From Pyrinomonadaceae bacterium (lineage in GTDB: Bacteria; Acidobacteriota; Blastocatellia; Pyrinomonadales; Pyrinomonadaceae), in the NCBI GenBank assembly GCA_025054715.1, contig JANWYH010000005.1, positions 32,335 through 96,334 on the forward strand: a stretch of DNA of 64,000 bases, in the 5' to 3' direction. Made by a program: the position numbers and the translations under genes. Positions 9,686 through 20,316 of the stretch are shown one piece after another; position 1 is the first letter of the stretch; each line of letters begins with the position of its first letter. A model generated the notes under the pieces. That model ran no database searches. It was not told where the DNA came from and saw only the letters and a list, made by a program, of their open reading frames with translations.

Positions 9686-10675
9686 ATGATGCTTAGAGTA
9701 TTGGCAGTTTTCCTTTTGCTTTTCAGCACAAGCTTTTCGCAATTGATGAGTTCGGCTGAGGCAGAAACAATTAGAAAAGCTAAAGCATATTTTGCTTCTG
9801 GAAATTGCAGTGCAGCGTCTGAAGAGTTAGGAAAGATGAAGCGAGAAAGCTCAGATGAAGTTATCAAAAGCGCTGCTGACTCGATGCTTGCTGAATGTTA
9901 TGTAATCCAAAGCGATTACAAGGGTCTTCAGAAATTGTTAGAAGAATCTTTCCAAACTGCTAAAACTCAAAATAATCTGCAAAACTACATAATGGTATCG
10001 GCGCAAGTAATTAAAAACATAAAAAGCAAGATCGAGCGCTACAAGATCTTAGGAGTTTCTTTCAATGACACTTCCCTCCCCAAAGAAGTAACTAAAGACA
10101 TAGAAAAAATGAGAGAAGTCCTCGAGAAAGTAATCCAGCAATCATCCTCATTACAAGACACCTCTTTACTTGCCTTAATCGAAGAATCTTGCGCCACCCG
10201 TTCTAGCTTAGCAAAAGATGAATACGATTCCAACTATTGGAAAGAGCTAGCTGAAGACATAAAAGATGAACTCAGAAATGGAAGAAAGACGATCGCCGTA
10301 GTTGAAGAAGAAGAAGAAATAAATACAGACAAAGCGGTTGGACCTACACTTCAGAACCGTCTCCTTAACGCTTTTCAAAGCACGACAAAAGAAGAAACTA
10401 TAAAGGTTGGTTCTTTGGTTGAATACGCCATTAAGAAAGTGTCGCCGGTTTATCCAGCTGTAGCAAAACAACTTAAGATTTCTGGTTTGGTCAGAGTAGA
10501 AGTAATTGTTGACGAATCAGGGAAAGTAACAACCATAAAAAGCGTTTCGGGACACCCGATTTTACAGACTGCTGCGGTCGAAGCCATAAAAAAATGGGAA
10601 TTCAAACCTTTTACAAAAGAAGGGCGTCATGTTCGAGCTGAGGGCTTCGTAATTCTTAACTTCGTAGATGAATAA
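9686..10675 (+). CDS. TonB C-terminal domain protein (energy transducer TonB-like)
   Basis: N-terminal signal/anchor. The C-terminal ~80 aa, VSPVYPAVAKQLKISGLVRVEVIVDESGKVTTIKSVSGHPILQTAAVEAIKKWEFKP, match the TonB_C fold pattern. Confidence 0.75.
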   Translation: MMLRVLAVFLLLFSTSFSQLMSSAEAETIRKAKAYFASGNCSAASEELGKMKRESSDEVIKSAADSMLAECYVIQSDYKGLQKLLEESFQTAKTQNNLQNYIMVSAQVIKNIKSKIERYKILGVSFNDTSLPKEVTKDIEKMREVLEKVIQQSSSLQDTSLLALIEESCATRSSLAKDEYDSNYWKELAEDIKDELRNGRKTIAVVEEEEEINTDKAVGPTLQNRLLNAFQSTTKEETIKVGSLVEYAIKKVSPVYPAVAKQLKISGLVRVEVIVDESGKVTTIKSVSGHPILQTAAVEAIKKWEFKPFTKEGRHVRAEGFVILNFVDE

Positions 10676-10722
10676 CTTGCCTTAAACTCAAAAAGCTGTT
10701 ATCATGTTTTGAGCAACTTTGC

Positions 10723-11295
10723 GTGATGATTAGCGTAGAAAATCTCGTAAAGGGTTTAATCGAAATTCCGGACGAAGAATTTACATTAGAAAACGTTTAT
10801 GAATTCCTTGCTTGCAATCCAGTTGACGTAAGCTCAATAGAACCTTACCTCTTCTGGAGCAGCAAAAACTATACAAGAAACTTGATTTACAAAGATGAAC
10901 GCTTTGAGCTAATGGCTCTCTGCTGGGAAGTAGGACAGGTGTCCAGAATTCATAATCATGCCGATCAGAAGTGCTGGATGACAGTCCCAATAGGCAAACT
11001 ATATGGGCAAAACTTCCGTATAGCTGAAATTGACGAAAGTAGAAATTACTGTAAGCTCGAAAAAACCGAGTCCTTTGAGCTTTCAAATTGGCTTGCTGCA
11101 AAGGTTGAGCTCGAAGAGCCAATCCACCAAATCCTAAATCTTCCAGAGTACGGAAGTCGTGCTGTAAGTCTTCACATCTACTCAAAACCTTTCGATAAGT
11201 GCCTTTCCTACAACACGGAAAATAATTCCTTCCAAGAGGTAAAGCTTTTTTACACAAGCATCTACGGAAGCCTTTGCGATGGCGTAAGACTTTGA
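10723..11295 (+). CDS. Cysteine dioxygenase type I-like cupin
   Basis: 190 aa. The cupin metal motif SRIHNHADQKCWMTV plus a downstream SLHIYS histidine resemble bacterial CDO-family proteins. Confidence 0.6.
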   Translation: MMISVENLVKGLIEIPDEEFTLENVYEFLACNPVDVSSIEPYLFWSSKNYTRNLIYKDERFELMALCWEVGQVSRIHNHADQKCWMTVPIGKLYGQNFRIAEIDESRNYCKLEKTESFELSNWLAAKVELEEPIHQILNLPEYGSRAVSLHIYSKPFDKCLSYNTENNSFQEVKLFYTSIYGSLCDGVRL

Positions 11296-13103
11296 CGCAA
11301 AAATTGAACAAATTCATCAGGATCCCGAGTCATTCCTGGAAAAGTGCTTACGATTGTTTCGTCAGGTTCGATAACTGCGTAGAAAGGCAAAGCCACTGTT
11401 TTGAATTTCTCTTGTTGAAACCTTTGGTGCTTTTCGTAAATTTCACCCTGACCGTCAGTAAAGAGCTTTACAAGAACAAACTTTTTAAGTTCAGACTTGA
11501 CAGCTGGCTTTGTAAATATATTTGCCTCCATCCATCTGCAATTCGTACAGGTATAGCCCGTAAAGTCAATGAATACTCTTTTTTTCTCTAGACGAGCTAT
11601 TTGTTTGGCTTTTTCAAGATCGTTATTTATCCATTCGCTTTCTTGCTCTTTATAAAGCAATGATCTCGGCTTATCTAGTTCAGGCGGTAAAAAGGACTCA
11701 AGCTCCCCAAGAGAAAAGCCGAATAAGCCAGTAAAAAGATAAAGACTTGCGGCTAAGGTTACAATAGCAGCAGTTAAACGCAGCGAGCCTATCTTTTCTG
11801 TCTTTGAATCATGGAAAAGATGAAATTTACCGAGAAGATAAAAGGTCATTATTAAACCAATAGCAACCCAAAAAGACAAAACAACAGTGCGATTAAAAAT
11901 ACCCCATTTCCAAACTACGTCGGCATTTGAAATAAACTTCATCGCTGCGGCGACTTCTAAAAATCCCATAGAAACTTTCAAAGAATTCATCCAACCACCT
12001 GCTTTTGGGAGTGACGCCATATACTGCGGAATTAGAGCCAAAACGAAAAACGGAGAAGCAAAAACCAACGAAAAAGCAAACATTCCCAAAAGTGGCATTT
12101 GCCAATCACCTTGCGAAGCTGAAACCAAAACGGTCCCAACAAACGGAGAAGTGCAAGTGAAACTAGTTAGAGTAAAGGTTAGTCCCATCAACAAAGTCCC
12201 TAAAATTGCTCCACCTTCACCCTCTCTCGTTCTTGCAACCCTGTCTAACCAAGTTAAAACGCCAGAAGGTACGCGGATTTCATAAGCACCGAAAAGGTTA
12301 AAAGCAAAGGCAATAAAAATCGCGGCAATTAAGATATTAACCCAAGGATTTGCGGCAAAAAGGTTTATCCCAGCAGCGCCAACAAAAATCGCTATTAACA
12401 TTCCGAGAAGTGTGAAAGTTGAAATTATGCCTAAACAGTAAATCAAAGCAAGTTTCAAAGCTTTTACTCTGTTTTTTTCCGCATGATTGGTAAAGTAAGA
12501 AACGGTTATCGGAATCATTGGAAAAACGCAAGGTGTAAGAAGCGACAGTGCACCAAGCGTTATTGCAAGCCACAAAAAACTCCACAAAGGCGTTTGACTT
12601 GAACTTTGAGAAGCTTCTGTAGTAGGTTCTTTTTCACTTACAACAGCTGAAAATGAAACTAAAACCGTTTTTGGTGGAAGACAAACCGTATCGTTACATG
12701 CCTGATATCGAACATTTAAGGCTAAAGAATCCGATTGAGTCTCATTTACTGCCCTGAGAGGAATCTTGAAAACAGCCTCTTTTACTAAAAACTTGCTTTC
12801 TATTTGAAAATTTTGATCAAACTTAGATAAAGGCTTTGGCGCGTCTATCGGACCATCAAATACGAAATCCGAATTTTCAGGAAGCGAAATCCTCATCGGA
12901 ACTGGCCCGCCCTCATCGGGTTGCTCAATGGCATAGATATACCAGCCTTCATCTATTTTTGCCGAAAGTTTTGCCTGTATTTTCTCGTTTACTTTTATCC
13001 TACCAGTATGAGAAGATTCTATCTTCCAAGTAACCGGATTTTGCCCTTGTGCGCACAAAGACGCAAATGCAAATAGAAGCAAAAAATTCAAGCTTTTTTT
13101 CAT
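11262..13103 (-). CDS. dsbD: Thiol:disulfide interchange protein DsbD (N-terminal DsbD-alpha, TM core, C-terminal thioredoxin)
   Basis: 613 aa. Shows a signal peptide, the CVFPMIP membrane cysteine motif, multiple TM helices and a C-terminal thioredoxin-like GYTCTNCRWME CxxC. Confidence 0.88.
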   Translation of the reverse strand: MKKSLNFLLLFAFASLCAQGQNPVTWKIESSHTGRIKVNEKIQAKLSAKIDEGWYIYAIEQPDEGGPVPMRISLPENSDFVFDGPIDAPKPLSKFDQNFQIESKFLVKEAVFKIPLRAVNETQSDSLALNVRYQACNDTVCLPPKTVLVSFSAVVSEKEPTTEASQSSSQTPLWSFLWLAITLGALSLLTPCVFPMIPITVSYFTNHAEKNRVKALKLALIYCLGIISTFTLLGMLIAIFVGAAGINLFAANPWVNILIAAIFIAFAFNLFGAYEIRVPSGVLTWLDRVARTREGEGGAILGTLLMGLTFTLTSFTCTSPFVGTVLVSASQGDWQMPLLGMFAFSLVFASPFFVLALIPQYMASLPKAGGWMNSLKVSMGFLEVAAAMKFISNADVVWKWGIFNRTVVLSFWVAIGLIMTFYLLGKFHLFHDSKTEKIGSLRLTAAIVTLAASLYLFTGLFGFSLGELESFLPPELDKPRSLLYKEQESEWINNDLEKAKQIARLEKKRVFIDFTGYTCTNCRWMEANIFTKPAVKSELKKFVLVKLFTDGQGEIYEKHQRFQQEKFKTVALPFYAVIEPDETIVSTFPGMTRDPDEFVQFLRQSLTPSQRLP

Positions 13104-13147
13104 ATTACAAAATCTATCTTATCATTTAGCTTCTTTTCTACAAGCTT

Positions 13148-13176
13148 TTGCAGAACGCCTCTTAATCTCATATAAT
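13148..13176 (+). promoter_or_regulatory. Candidate sigma70-type promoter for the pdh operon
   Basis: TTGCAG (13148-13153), a 17-nt spacer, then a perfect TATAAT (13171-13176), about 48 nt upstream of the pdhA TTG start. GGAGGA Shine-Dalgarno at about 13209-13214. Confidence 0.35.
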
Positions 13177-13223
13177 TTAGTTTTGTCACTAAAGCCGACT
13201 AAACTTACGGAGGATTTCGACTT

Positions 13224-14330
13224 TTGCCAAAAGAAGCAGCAAAAACAAAGCGGAGCGATTCTCCTTTCAATCATAAAGCGAGAGCTATCGAGCCCGTAGA
13301 TGTTTTCGACCCGGACGAAGCTCAAGCCGAATATCTCAAACGTAAAAAGTCCCAGCTAGCACTCATAAAGAAAACCGATAAAGCACTTCTTGAAGAAATG
13401 CTTTATCAGATGATTTTGGGAAGGATTTTTGAAGAAAGGTGTGCAGAAGTTTACCGTCTTGGCAAAATAGGTGGATTTTGTCACCTTTATATCGGTCAAG
13501 AAGCTGTTGCAGTCGGTGCAATAACTGCAATTGACAAAAAGCGCGACTATGTAATTGTTGCTTACCGAGATCACGTTCAAGCAATGGTTGCAGGCATCAG
13601 CCCAGAAGCTGTCATGGCAGAGCTTTATGGAAAAGCAACCGGATGCGTTAAAGGTAAAGGTGGTTCAATGCATCTTTTCTCGAAGGAACACGGCTTCTTT
13701 GGAGGTCACGGAATTGTTGGTGGTCAAATAGGTGTTGGCACAGGTTTGGCGTTTGCCCAAAAATATCGAAACGATGGTGGCGTAACACTTTGCTTTTTCG
13801 GTGAAGCTGCAGTTAATCAAGGTATTTTCCACGAATCCTTGAACATGGCTCAACTGTGGAAACTGCCTATCGTCTACATTTGCGAAAATAATCAATACGG
13901 CATGGGAACTTCGCTAAAGCGAGCTATGTCGCTTGCAAACATTGCAAGAAAAGCTGATAGCTACGGAATGTATGGTGAGTTTGTTGATGGAATGGATGTT
14001 ATGGCCGTTCGTCAAGCCACTATGAAGGCTATCGAAAGAGCAAGAAATGAGAGTTTGCCAAGTCTTCTGGAAGTTAGATGCTATCGCTATATGGGGCACT
14101 CCATGTCCGATCCCGGTAAATACCGAACAGTTGAAGAAATAAAAAAATATCAACAGCGTGATCCGATACTTCTTTTCAAAGATAGCCTTAAGGAAGCTGG
14201 TGTTTTTGACGATTCTGAATTTGAGCAGATCGAACAGCGAGCTAGAAAAAGGGTAGAAGAAGCAGTAGAATTCGCAGAAAAAAGTCCTTTTCCAAGCGAA
14301 GACGAACTCTTAACGGATGTTTTGGTGTGA
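13224..14330 (+). CDS. pdhA: Pyruvate dehydrogenase E1 component, alpha subunit
   Basis: 368 aa with YRDHVQAM, GKGGSMH and the ThDP-binding GEAAVNQG...NN motif. Followed by the beta and E2 genes. Confidence 0.92.
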   Translation: MPKEAAKTKRSDSPFNHKARAIEPVDVFDPDEAQAEYLKRKKSQLALIKKTDKALLEEMLYQMILGRIFEERCAEVYRLGKIGGFCHLYIGQEAVAVGAITAIDKKRDYVIVAYRDHVQAMVAGISPEAVMAELYGKATGCVKGKGGSMHLFSKEHGFFGGHGIVGGQIGVGTGLAFAQKYRNDGGVTLCFFGEAAVNQGIFHESLNMAQLWKLPIVYICENNQYGMGTSLKRAMSLANIARKADSYGMYGEFVDGMDVMAVRQATMKAIERARNESLPSLLEVRCYRYMGHSMSDPGKYRTVEEIKKYQQRDPILLFKDSLKEAGVFDDSEFEQIEQRARKRVEEAVEFAEKSPFPSEDELLTDVLV

Positions 14331-14333
14331 GTT

Positions 14334-15317
14334 ATGGCTGAACTTACCATGCGTGATGCGTTAAATCAAGCGCTTCGTGAAGAACTTTTAAGAGACGAAC
14401 GCGTGTTTATAATGGGCGAGGAGGTCGCACAATACGATGGTGCCTATAAAGTAACTCGTGGTCTATGGCGTGAATTCGGCGACAAAAGAGTCATAGACAC
14501 GCCAATCAGCGAACTTGGCTTTGCTGCAATAGGTGTCGGTGCGGCAATGGCTGGTCTTCGTCCCGTAATAGAGTTCATGACATGGAACTTTTCCATATTA
14601 GCCGCCGACCAAATAATTAATCACGCCGCTAAAATGCTATACATGTCTGGCGGTCAATTTAACATACCAATTGTTTTTCGTGGTCCAAATGGTTCAGCTT
14701 ATCAAGTTTCCTCACAGCATTCTCAGGCATTGGAAGCAATGTATGCAAATTTTCCAGGACTTAAAGTTGTAATGCCATCAACTCCTGCTGATGCAAAAGG
14801 GCTTCTAAAATCCGCAATTAGAGACGATAACCCGGTTATCTTTCTCGAACAGGAAAAATTATACGGGACTAAGGGCGAGGTTCCAGATGACCCCGATTTT
14901 ACGATTCCGCTCGGTGTTGCCGATGTAAAACGACAAGGAAAAGATTGCACAATCGTAGCAAGATCACTTACCGTCCCGATAGCCTTACAAGCAGCAGAAA
15001 AAATAGAAAAAGAATACGGTGTATCTTGTGAGGTAGTTGACCCGAGAACTATAAAACCGCTTGATATTGACACGATAGTAAACTCCGTTAAAAAAACAAA
15101 TAGGCTCGTAATCGTTGAAGAATCTCATCAGTTTTGTGGTGTAGCTGCTGAGATAACTGCTCAAGTAAATGAAAAAGCATTTGATTATCTAGATGCTCCT
15201 ATAAAACGCATTTCATCTGCAGAAGCTCCGATGCCATACGCACGCAACCTAGAAGCAGCAGCTCTTCCTGATGTTGCAAAGATAGTGGCTGCAGTCAAAG
15301 AAGTTTGTTATCTTTAG
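14334..15317 (+). CDS. pdhB: Pyruvate dehydrogenase E1 component, beta subunit
   Basis: 327 aa. Transketolase-like pyrimidine-binding and C-terminal domains (RVIDTPISELGFAAIGVGAAMAGLRPV...). Confidence 0.92.
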   Translation: MAELTMRDALNQALREELLRDERVFIMGEEVAQYDGAYKVTRGLWREFGDKRVIDTPISELGFAAIGVGAAMAGLRPVIEFMTWNFSILAADQIINHAAKMLYMSGGQFNIPIVFRGPNGSAYQVSSQHSQALEAMYANFPGLKVVMPSTPADAKGLLKSAIRDDNPVIFLEQEKLYGTKGEVPDDPDFTIPLGVADVKRQGKDCTIVARSLTVPIALQAAEKIEKEYGVSCEVVDPRTIKPLDIDTIVNSVKKTNRLVIVEESHQFCGVAAEITAQVNEKAFDYLDAPIKRISSAEAPMPYARNLEAAALPDVAKIVAAVKEVCYL

Positions 15318-15336
15318 AGATTTCTGGAGTTTTTAT

Positions 15337-16605
15337 ATGGCTAGCAAAATTTTCATGCCAAAACTTTCTCCGACTATGGAGGAAGGTCAGATCTCAAGAT
15401 GGCTTAAAAAAGAAGGTGACGAAGTTCAATTAAACGAACCTATAGCTGAAGTTGATACAGACAAAGCCACAATGGAAATGACCGCCCTTGAATCGGGCGT
15501 TCTACTTAAAATCCTCGTCCCTGAAGGTGCAAGCGCAAAACTTGGACAAATCATCGGTATAATAGGCAAGAAAGGCGAAGATATATCTCAAATTTTAGCT
15601 GAAATCAATTCAGCTGAGTCCGCCGAGAAAACAAGCTTCGAAAAAGAACCTGCTCAACCGTTAGAAACCGCAGAAACCGTCTCAGAGCAACCCTCCACTT
15701 CAACAACAACCGTAGAGGACGGAAGAATTTTTGTGTCGCCAATCGCAGCTAGAATGGCTGCCGAACATGGCATTGATCTAAAAACTGTAAAAGGCTCCGG
15801 ACCCGGCGGCAGAATTATAAAACGTGACATAGAACAACTACTCGCAAAAGTAGAGCATAAAAAGGAAATCCCTGCTGTATTACCACAAGTCTTCAAACCA
15901 GCAGAAGCAACCTCTGTAAGCGCATATCGAGAAGAAGCCACAACCCCAATGCGCCGTACTATAGCAACACGTCTAGCTCAATCCATCGGTCCGATACCTA
16001 CATTCTACCTTACGGTTGAAATCGAAATGGACCGAGCCATAGAATTCCGTCAGCAAATTAACACTCGCTTGACTGAAGAAGAAAAAGTTTCTCTAAACGA
16101 CATAATAGTAAAAGCTGCAGCGATGGCGTTGATGAAGCATCCGTTTGTGAATTCTTCTTACCGGGACGATAAAATAAGATTTTACGAAGATGCAGACATC
16201 GGCGTAGCAGTAGCAATAGATGAAGGCTTGATTACCCCCGTAATTCGCAAAGCCAATCGAAAAGGTATTTTAGAGATAAGTCGCGAAATAAAACAGCTAG
16301 CTACAAGAGCAAGAGAAAAGAAACTCCAACCCGAAGAATACACCGGTGCAACATTTTCAATTTCAAACTTAGGTATGTTCGGGATTAAGCAATTTACGGC
16401 AATAATCAACCCGCCGGAAGCTGCCATTTTAGCCGTAGGAAGTGCAATGCAAATACCCGTAGCGCGAAATGGAAACGTAGAAATACACAGCATTATGCAT
16501 GTTACGATGAGTTGTGACCATCGCGTAATAGACGGTGCTACTGGAGCACGTTTTCTACAAACCTTCAAGCAAATGCTCGAAGACCCGATCTCTATGCTAC
16601 TTTAA
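15337..16605 (+). CDS. pdhC: Dihydrolipoamide acetyltransferase (E2)
   Basis: Lipoyl domain with EVDTDKATMEM, E3-binding domain SPIAARMAAEHGIDLKTVKGSGPGGRI, and the catalytic DHRVIDGA motif. Confidence 0.92.
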   Translation: MASKIFMPKLSPTMEEGQISRWLKKEGDEVQLNEPIAEVDTDKATMEMTALESGVLLKILVPEGASAKLGQIIGIIGKKGEDISQILAEINSAESAEKTSFEKEPAQPLETAETVSEQPSTSTTTVEDGRIFVSPIAARMAAEHGIDLKTVKGSGPGGRIIKRDIEQLLAKVEHKKEIPAVLPQVFKPAEATSVSAYREEATTPMRRTIATRLAQSIGPIPTFYLTVEIEMDRAIEFRQQINTRLTEEEKVSLNDIIVKAAAMALMKHPFVNSSYRDDKIRFYEDADIGVAVAIDEGLITPVIRKANRKGILEISREIKQLATRAREKKLQPEEYTGATFSISNLGMFGIKQFTAIINPPEAAILAVGSAMQIPVARNGNVEIHSIMHVTMSCDHRVIDGATGARFLQTFKQMLEDPISMLL

Positions 16606-16680
16606 GTTCCTTCTGTAATCCTAAAAAAGGCTTTGCATTTGCAAGGCAAGTCCTTTTTGAATAAAAATTCTGTTTTTGGA

Positions 16681-19600
16681 ATGTTTAAGCTTCAACGTCT
16701 AGAAATAACCGGTTTTAAGTCGTTTGCTAATCACACTGAGATCATTTTTGATGATGGTATAACGGCGATTGTAGGACCGAATGGCTGTGGGAAATCAAAT
16801 ATTTTTGAGGCGATCTGTTGGGCTTTAGGAGAACAACGAGCAAAACTCCTACGAAGCAATGAAATGCAGGACATCATCTTTCAAGGCACAAACTCGCATC
16901 CACCTGCATCAATGGCAGAAGTTACCTTGCATCTTCTCTCTACGAAAAATGACATTTCAGAAGAAATCGAAAAATTCGATGAATCAATTCAGAAACTAAA
17001 CGAAAGAAACGATTCAAATATCGAAAGGAAAAGCTGGAAGCCCTACTTTCAAAACTTGCAAATAAGTGAGGGAGAGACCGTATCAATAACAAGACGTCTT
17101 TTTCGTTCAGGAGAAAGCGAATATCTACTGAATGGAAAGCCTTGCCGCTTAAGAGACATTCAAGACCTTTTTTCAGGAACCGGTCTTGGTAACGTCCGCT
17201 ATGCAATTATCGAGCAAGGTTATATTGGACAGATTCTTTCAGCGAAACCAAGCGAAAGGCGTGCCTTAATTGAAGAAGCTGCCGGTATTTCAAAATTTCG
17301 GATGAGACAAAAGACCGCCGAAGCGCGCTTAGAAACTGCCCGCACAAACCTAACCAGAATAAACGACATAATTCGCGAAGTCGAAACTCAAGTTTCTTCA
17401 CTACGCCGGCAAGCCTTAAAAGCTGAGCGCTATAAAAACCTTAAAGAAGCGCTCCGACAAAACCTAAGGAAAATCTACACAATCGAAGGCATATCACTTA
17501 TAAACTTCATAGAACAAGCAAGAAAGGAACTCGAAAAAATCGAAGACTCCGAAAAACTCCTTCTTGAAAAGATCGAAGAACAAAAAGACTTACTCAGTAA
17601 AACAAAGTCTGAACTCTATAGAGTCTCCGAAGACTTAAAAGAGCTTGAAAACCTGCGAGTACAAAACATTATCCAAAAAAAAGAGCACGAGAAAGAAATA
17701 GAAAATCGAAAAGAACAAATAAAATCCCTTAGCGAACGTCTTGAATCTATAAGAAGAGAAAAAAATGAGGCGGAGGTAAAAATTCGGACTCTCGAATCAG
17801 AACTACAATCGTTAAGACAAAAAGAAACTCTTGAAATAGAAGAACAACAAAAGCATCAGATGGCTCTACGACAAGTAGAATTGCTACATCAAAAAGAAGC
17901 CCAAACAGTAAAACTTCTAGAAGAGGAACTTAAGAAAAAAGAGATCGAAAAACGACAGCACATTCTTGCACTAGAGCATCTCAAAAGCCTTTATCGTCAA
18001 AACGAAAGCACTGTTGAAAAACTTATTGAAAGACGTGAAGGTCTCATTAGAGAAGGTGAAAGAGCTGACAAGAATTTTCATGAACACAGCAAAGAAATTT
18101 CAGTCTTAACTGATGAGATAAAAAAACAAGACAAAATAAGACAAAGTACAAGCGCCGAACTCGAATCGCTTATAGAAAAAGAATCCAAAGAAAGACAACT
18201 CCTAAACGAAATCGAAGAAAACTTATACGAACTAAGACAAAGGCTTTCCCAAAACCAACTTTTGCTTAAAAATCTGAAGGAATTGGAATCAACGGGAAAG
18301 ATTTACGCGCCGGCGGTACAAAAAGTTTTTGCAGAACAGGAAAAGATAGGTGTAAAACTTGCCGGTATCTTAGCTGACAAACTTAATGTTCACCCAGAAG
18401 TGGAAAACATCGTAGAAAACATTTTTGGAAGTTATCTCCAAACATTACTCGTAGAGACAGTCTCACAAGCTTCAAAGCTAATAAAGTACATAGATGAGAA
18501 CGAAATCGGGCGTGTTAGCATCTTGATAGTCCCAGAGAAAATAGAGTCCAAAAACGATCGCGAAAACTCATCCCTAATAGATCAGCTTTTGGGAACTACC
18601 GAAAATTTAAGCTCAATCATGAAGGAAGTCTTTGCAAGAGAAGCTTCTGCAAAGCTCGTTGAAAGCATAAGTCCTGAATCTTCAAACGGTGAAGTCTTAG
18701 TAGATCGAAAGGGCAACCTCTCAGTGTGTGGTAAACTTTTCATCGTAGGAAAACATAAGAAAGACGACTTTGCATCCATTCTCTTCTTCAAGCGGAGAAT
18801 CAGGGAGCTTCAGTTAGAGATCGAATCTTTGTCAGAAGCAATTAAGCAAAAAGAAACCTTAGCAGCAAAAGCTAAGGGAAACTTAGAAAACTTAAGCGCT
18901 GAAATAAACTCCAAAAAAGCAGAGCTTGATAAAACAGAAAAACAGATTCTTTCACTATCAGTTCGCCTTGATTCTCTCGAACAAGAAATAAAAAGAACCG
19001 AAAGACACAAAAACGTAGTGGCTGAAGAGTTAAAACAACTAGGAGCTGATCTTATTGCTAGCCAAGAAAAATTTGAAGAAATCAGCTTAAAAGTAAAAAA
19101 TGCAGAAGAAACACTAGAAAAATCCAATCAAGAAGCCTCTGAGCTACAAAAGAAACTTGAAAAATTTAGAAAATCCCTGACAGAAATACTAACAAGCCTA
19201 AACCAAAAGAAAACTGCCGCACAAATAGCAGAAGAACGTCACAAAATAACCGTAAACACAATTCGTCGCATAGAAGCTGAGTTTTCAGAAACTAGAAAAC
19301 GTCTCATCCAGCTAGATGCCGAATCAAAGGATAATGAAGCGAAACAGAAAGCCCTTATAGAAGAAATCTCAGAAATAGAAAAGAAGCTTTTATTCCAAAC
19401 GGAAAAGATAAGCAAGACCGAGCAAGAAATTAGTCAAACCAAATCCAAGTTCGAAGAACTAAACCATGAAAACGAACGAATAAATGCTATTCTTGAAAAA
19501 AGCAACGATCAATTTCTGAAGCTAAAAGAAGAACGCTCTAGAATTGAGATAAAAATTGCAGAAGCAGAAGCCGACTTAAAAAACCTTAATGAAAAATGCC

Positions 19601-20316
19601 TGCGAGAGCTAAACAAACCCTTGAGCGAGCTGATCAGGCAAACAGAGGAAATTGTAGATTCCGAACTAAACGAAGCCTATGTCCAAGCCGAACAAATAAG
19701 ACAGAAACTTGAAAATCTAGGCACCGTTAATCTGCTTGCACAAGAAGAATTAATAGCAGCAGAGGAAAGATTGAAGTTTTTAATCAACCAGCGAAACGAT
19801 ATATCCGAGGGCATAAAGGATGCACAAGAAGCTCTTTCGGAAATAAAAAGCCGCTCAAAAGAAAGGTTTATCAAGGCGTTTGAAATCATAAATTCAAACT
19901 TTACAAAACTCTTTAGCGACCTTTTCGGCGGCGGCACGGGCGAACTTCGATTGATAGAAACAGATGAAATCCTAGAATCCGGTATTGAAATAATAGCGCA
20001 ACCACCTGGAAAACGCCTCCAAAATGTGCTTCTCCTTTCTGGAGGAGAAAAGGCTATGACCGCAATAGCTCTCATGCTTGCAATCTTTGAGTTTCAGCCA
20101 TCACCATTTTGCATACTTGATGAAGTTGACGCTCCGCTAGACGACTCCAATATATCTAGGTTTATAGAAAAGCTGAGACAGATGGCATCGGAAATACAGT
20201 TTCTCATCATCACTCATAACAAGAAAACTATGGAAGCAGCTGACCGTCTCTACGGCGTCACAATGCAAGAAAAAGGCGTATCAAAAATCGTGTCCGTAGA
20301 TTTGAAGAGGATATGA
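16681..20316 (+). CDS. smc: Chromosome segregation protein SMC
   Basis: The ATG at 16681 gives MFKLQRLEITGFKSF...GPNGCGKSN (Walker A). Long coiled coils, a hinge, the LSGGEKAMTAIAL signature and the ILDEVDAPLD Walker B follow. The ORF track start (TTG at 16633) is probably too far upstream. Confidence 0.93.
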   Translation: MFKLQRLEITGFKSFANHTEIIFDDGITAIVGPNGCGKSNIFEAICWALGEQRAKLLRSNEMQDIIFQGTNSHPPASMAEVTLHLLSTKNDISEEIEKFDESIQKLNERNDSNIERKSWKPYFQNLQISEGETVSITRRLFRSGESEYLLNGKPCRLRDIQDLFSGTGLGNVRYAIIEQGYIGQILSAKPSERRALIEEAAGISKFRMRQKTAEARLETARTNLTRINDIIREVETQVSSLRRQALKAERYKNLKEALRQNLRKIYTIEGISLINFIEQARKELEKIEDSEKLLLEKIEEQKDLLSKTKSELYRVSEDLKELENLRVQNIIQKKEHEKEIENRKEQIKSLSERLESIRREKNEAEVKIRTLESELQSLRQKETLEIEEQQKHQMALRQVELLHQKEAQTVKLLEEELKKKEIEKRQHILALEHLKSLYRQNESTVEKLIERREGLIREGERADKNFHEHSKEISVLTDEIKKQDKIRQSTSAELESLIEKESKERQLLNEIEENLYELRQRLSQNQLLLKNLKELESTGKIYAPAVQKVFAEQEKIGVKLAGILADKLNVHPEVENIVENIFGSYLQTLLVETVSQASKLIKYIDENEIGRVSILIVPEKIESKNDRENSSLIDQLLGTTENLSSIMKEVFAREASAKLVESISPESSNGEVLVDRKGNLSVCGKLFIVGKHKKDDFASILFFKRRIRELQLEIESLSEAIKQKETLAAKAKGNLENLSAEINSKKAELDKTEKQILSLSVRLDSLEQEIKRTERHKNVVAEELKQLGADLIASQEKFEEISLKVKNAEETLEKSNQEASELQKKLEKFRKSLTEILTSLNQKKTAAQIAEERHKITVNTIRRIEAEFSETRKRLIQLDAESKDNEAKQKALIEEISEIEKKLLFQTEKISKTEQEISQTKSKFEELNHENERINAILEKSNDQFLKLKEERSRIEIKIAEAEADLKNLNEKCLRELNKPLSELIRQTEEIVDSELNEAYVQAEQIRQKLENLGTVNLLAQEELIAAEERLKFLINQRNDISEGIKDAQEALSEIKSRSKERFIKAFEIINSNFTKLFSDLFGGGTGELRLIETDEILESGIEIIAQPPGKRLQNVLLLSGGEKAMTAIALMLAIFEFQPSPFCILDEVDAPLDDSNISRFIEKLRQMASEIQFLIITHNKKTMEAADRLYGVTMQEKGVSKIVSVDLKRI

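Noticed and set aside
10781-11317. 178-aa minus-strand ORF antisense to the cysteine-dioxygenase-like gene. Similar long antisense ORFs occur at 35070-35609 (inside vgrG), 57062-57541 (inside rlmB), 19677-20075 (inside smc) and 23312-23734 (inside tsaD).
   Set aside because: Each is fully embedded opposite a gene with strong family motifs. The translations are Cys/Arg/Ser/Phe-rich, with no recognisable domains or start context. This is typical of shadow ORFs.
16606-16680. Possible terminator between pdhC and smc (aaggctttgcatttgcaaggcaagtccttttt).
   Set aside because: The arms are not properly complementary (ggctt versus aaggc), so no stable stem could be drawn.
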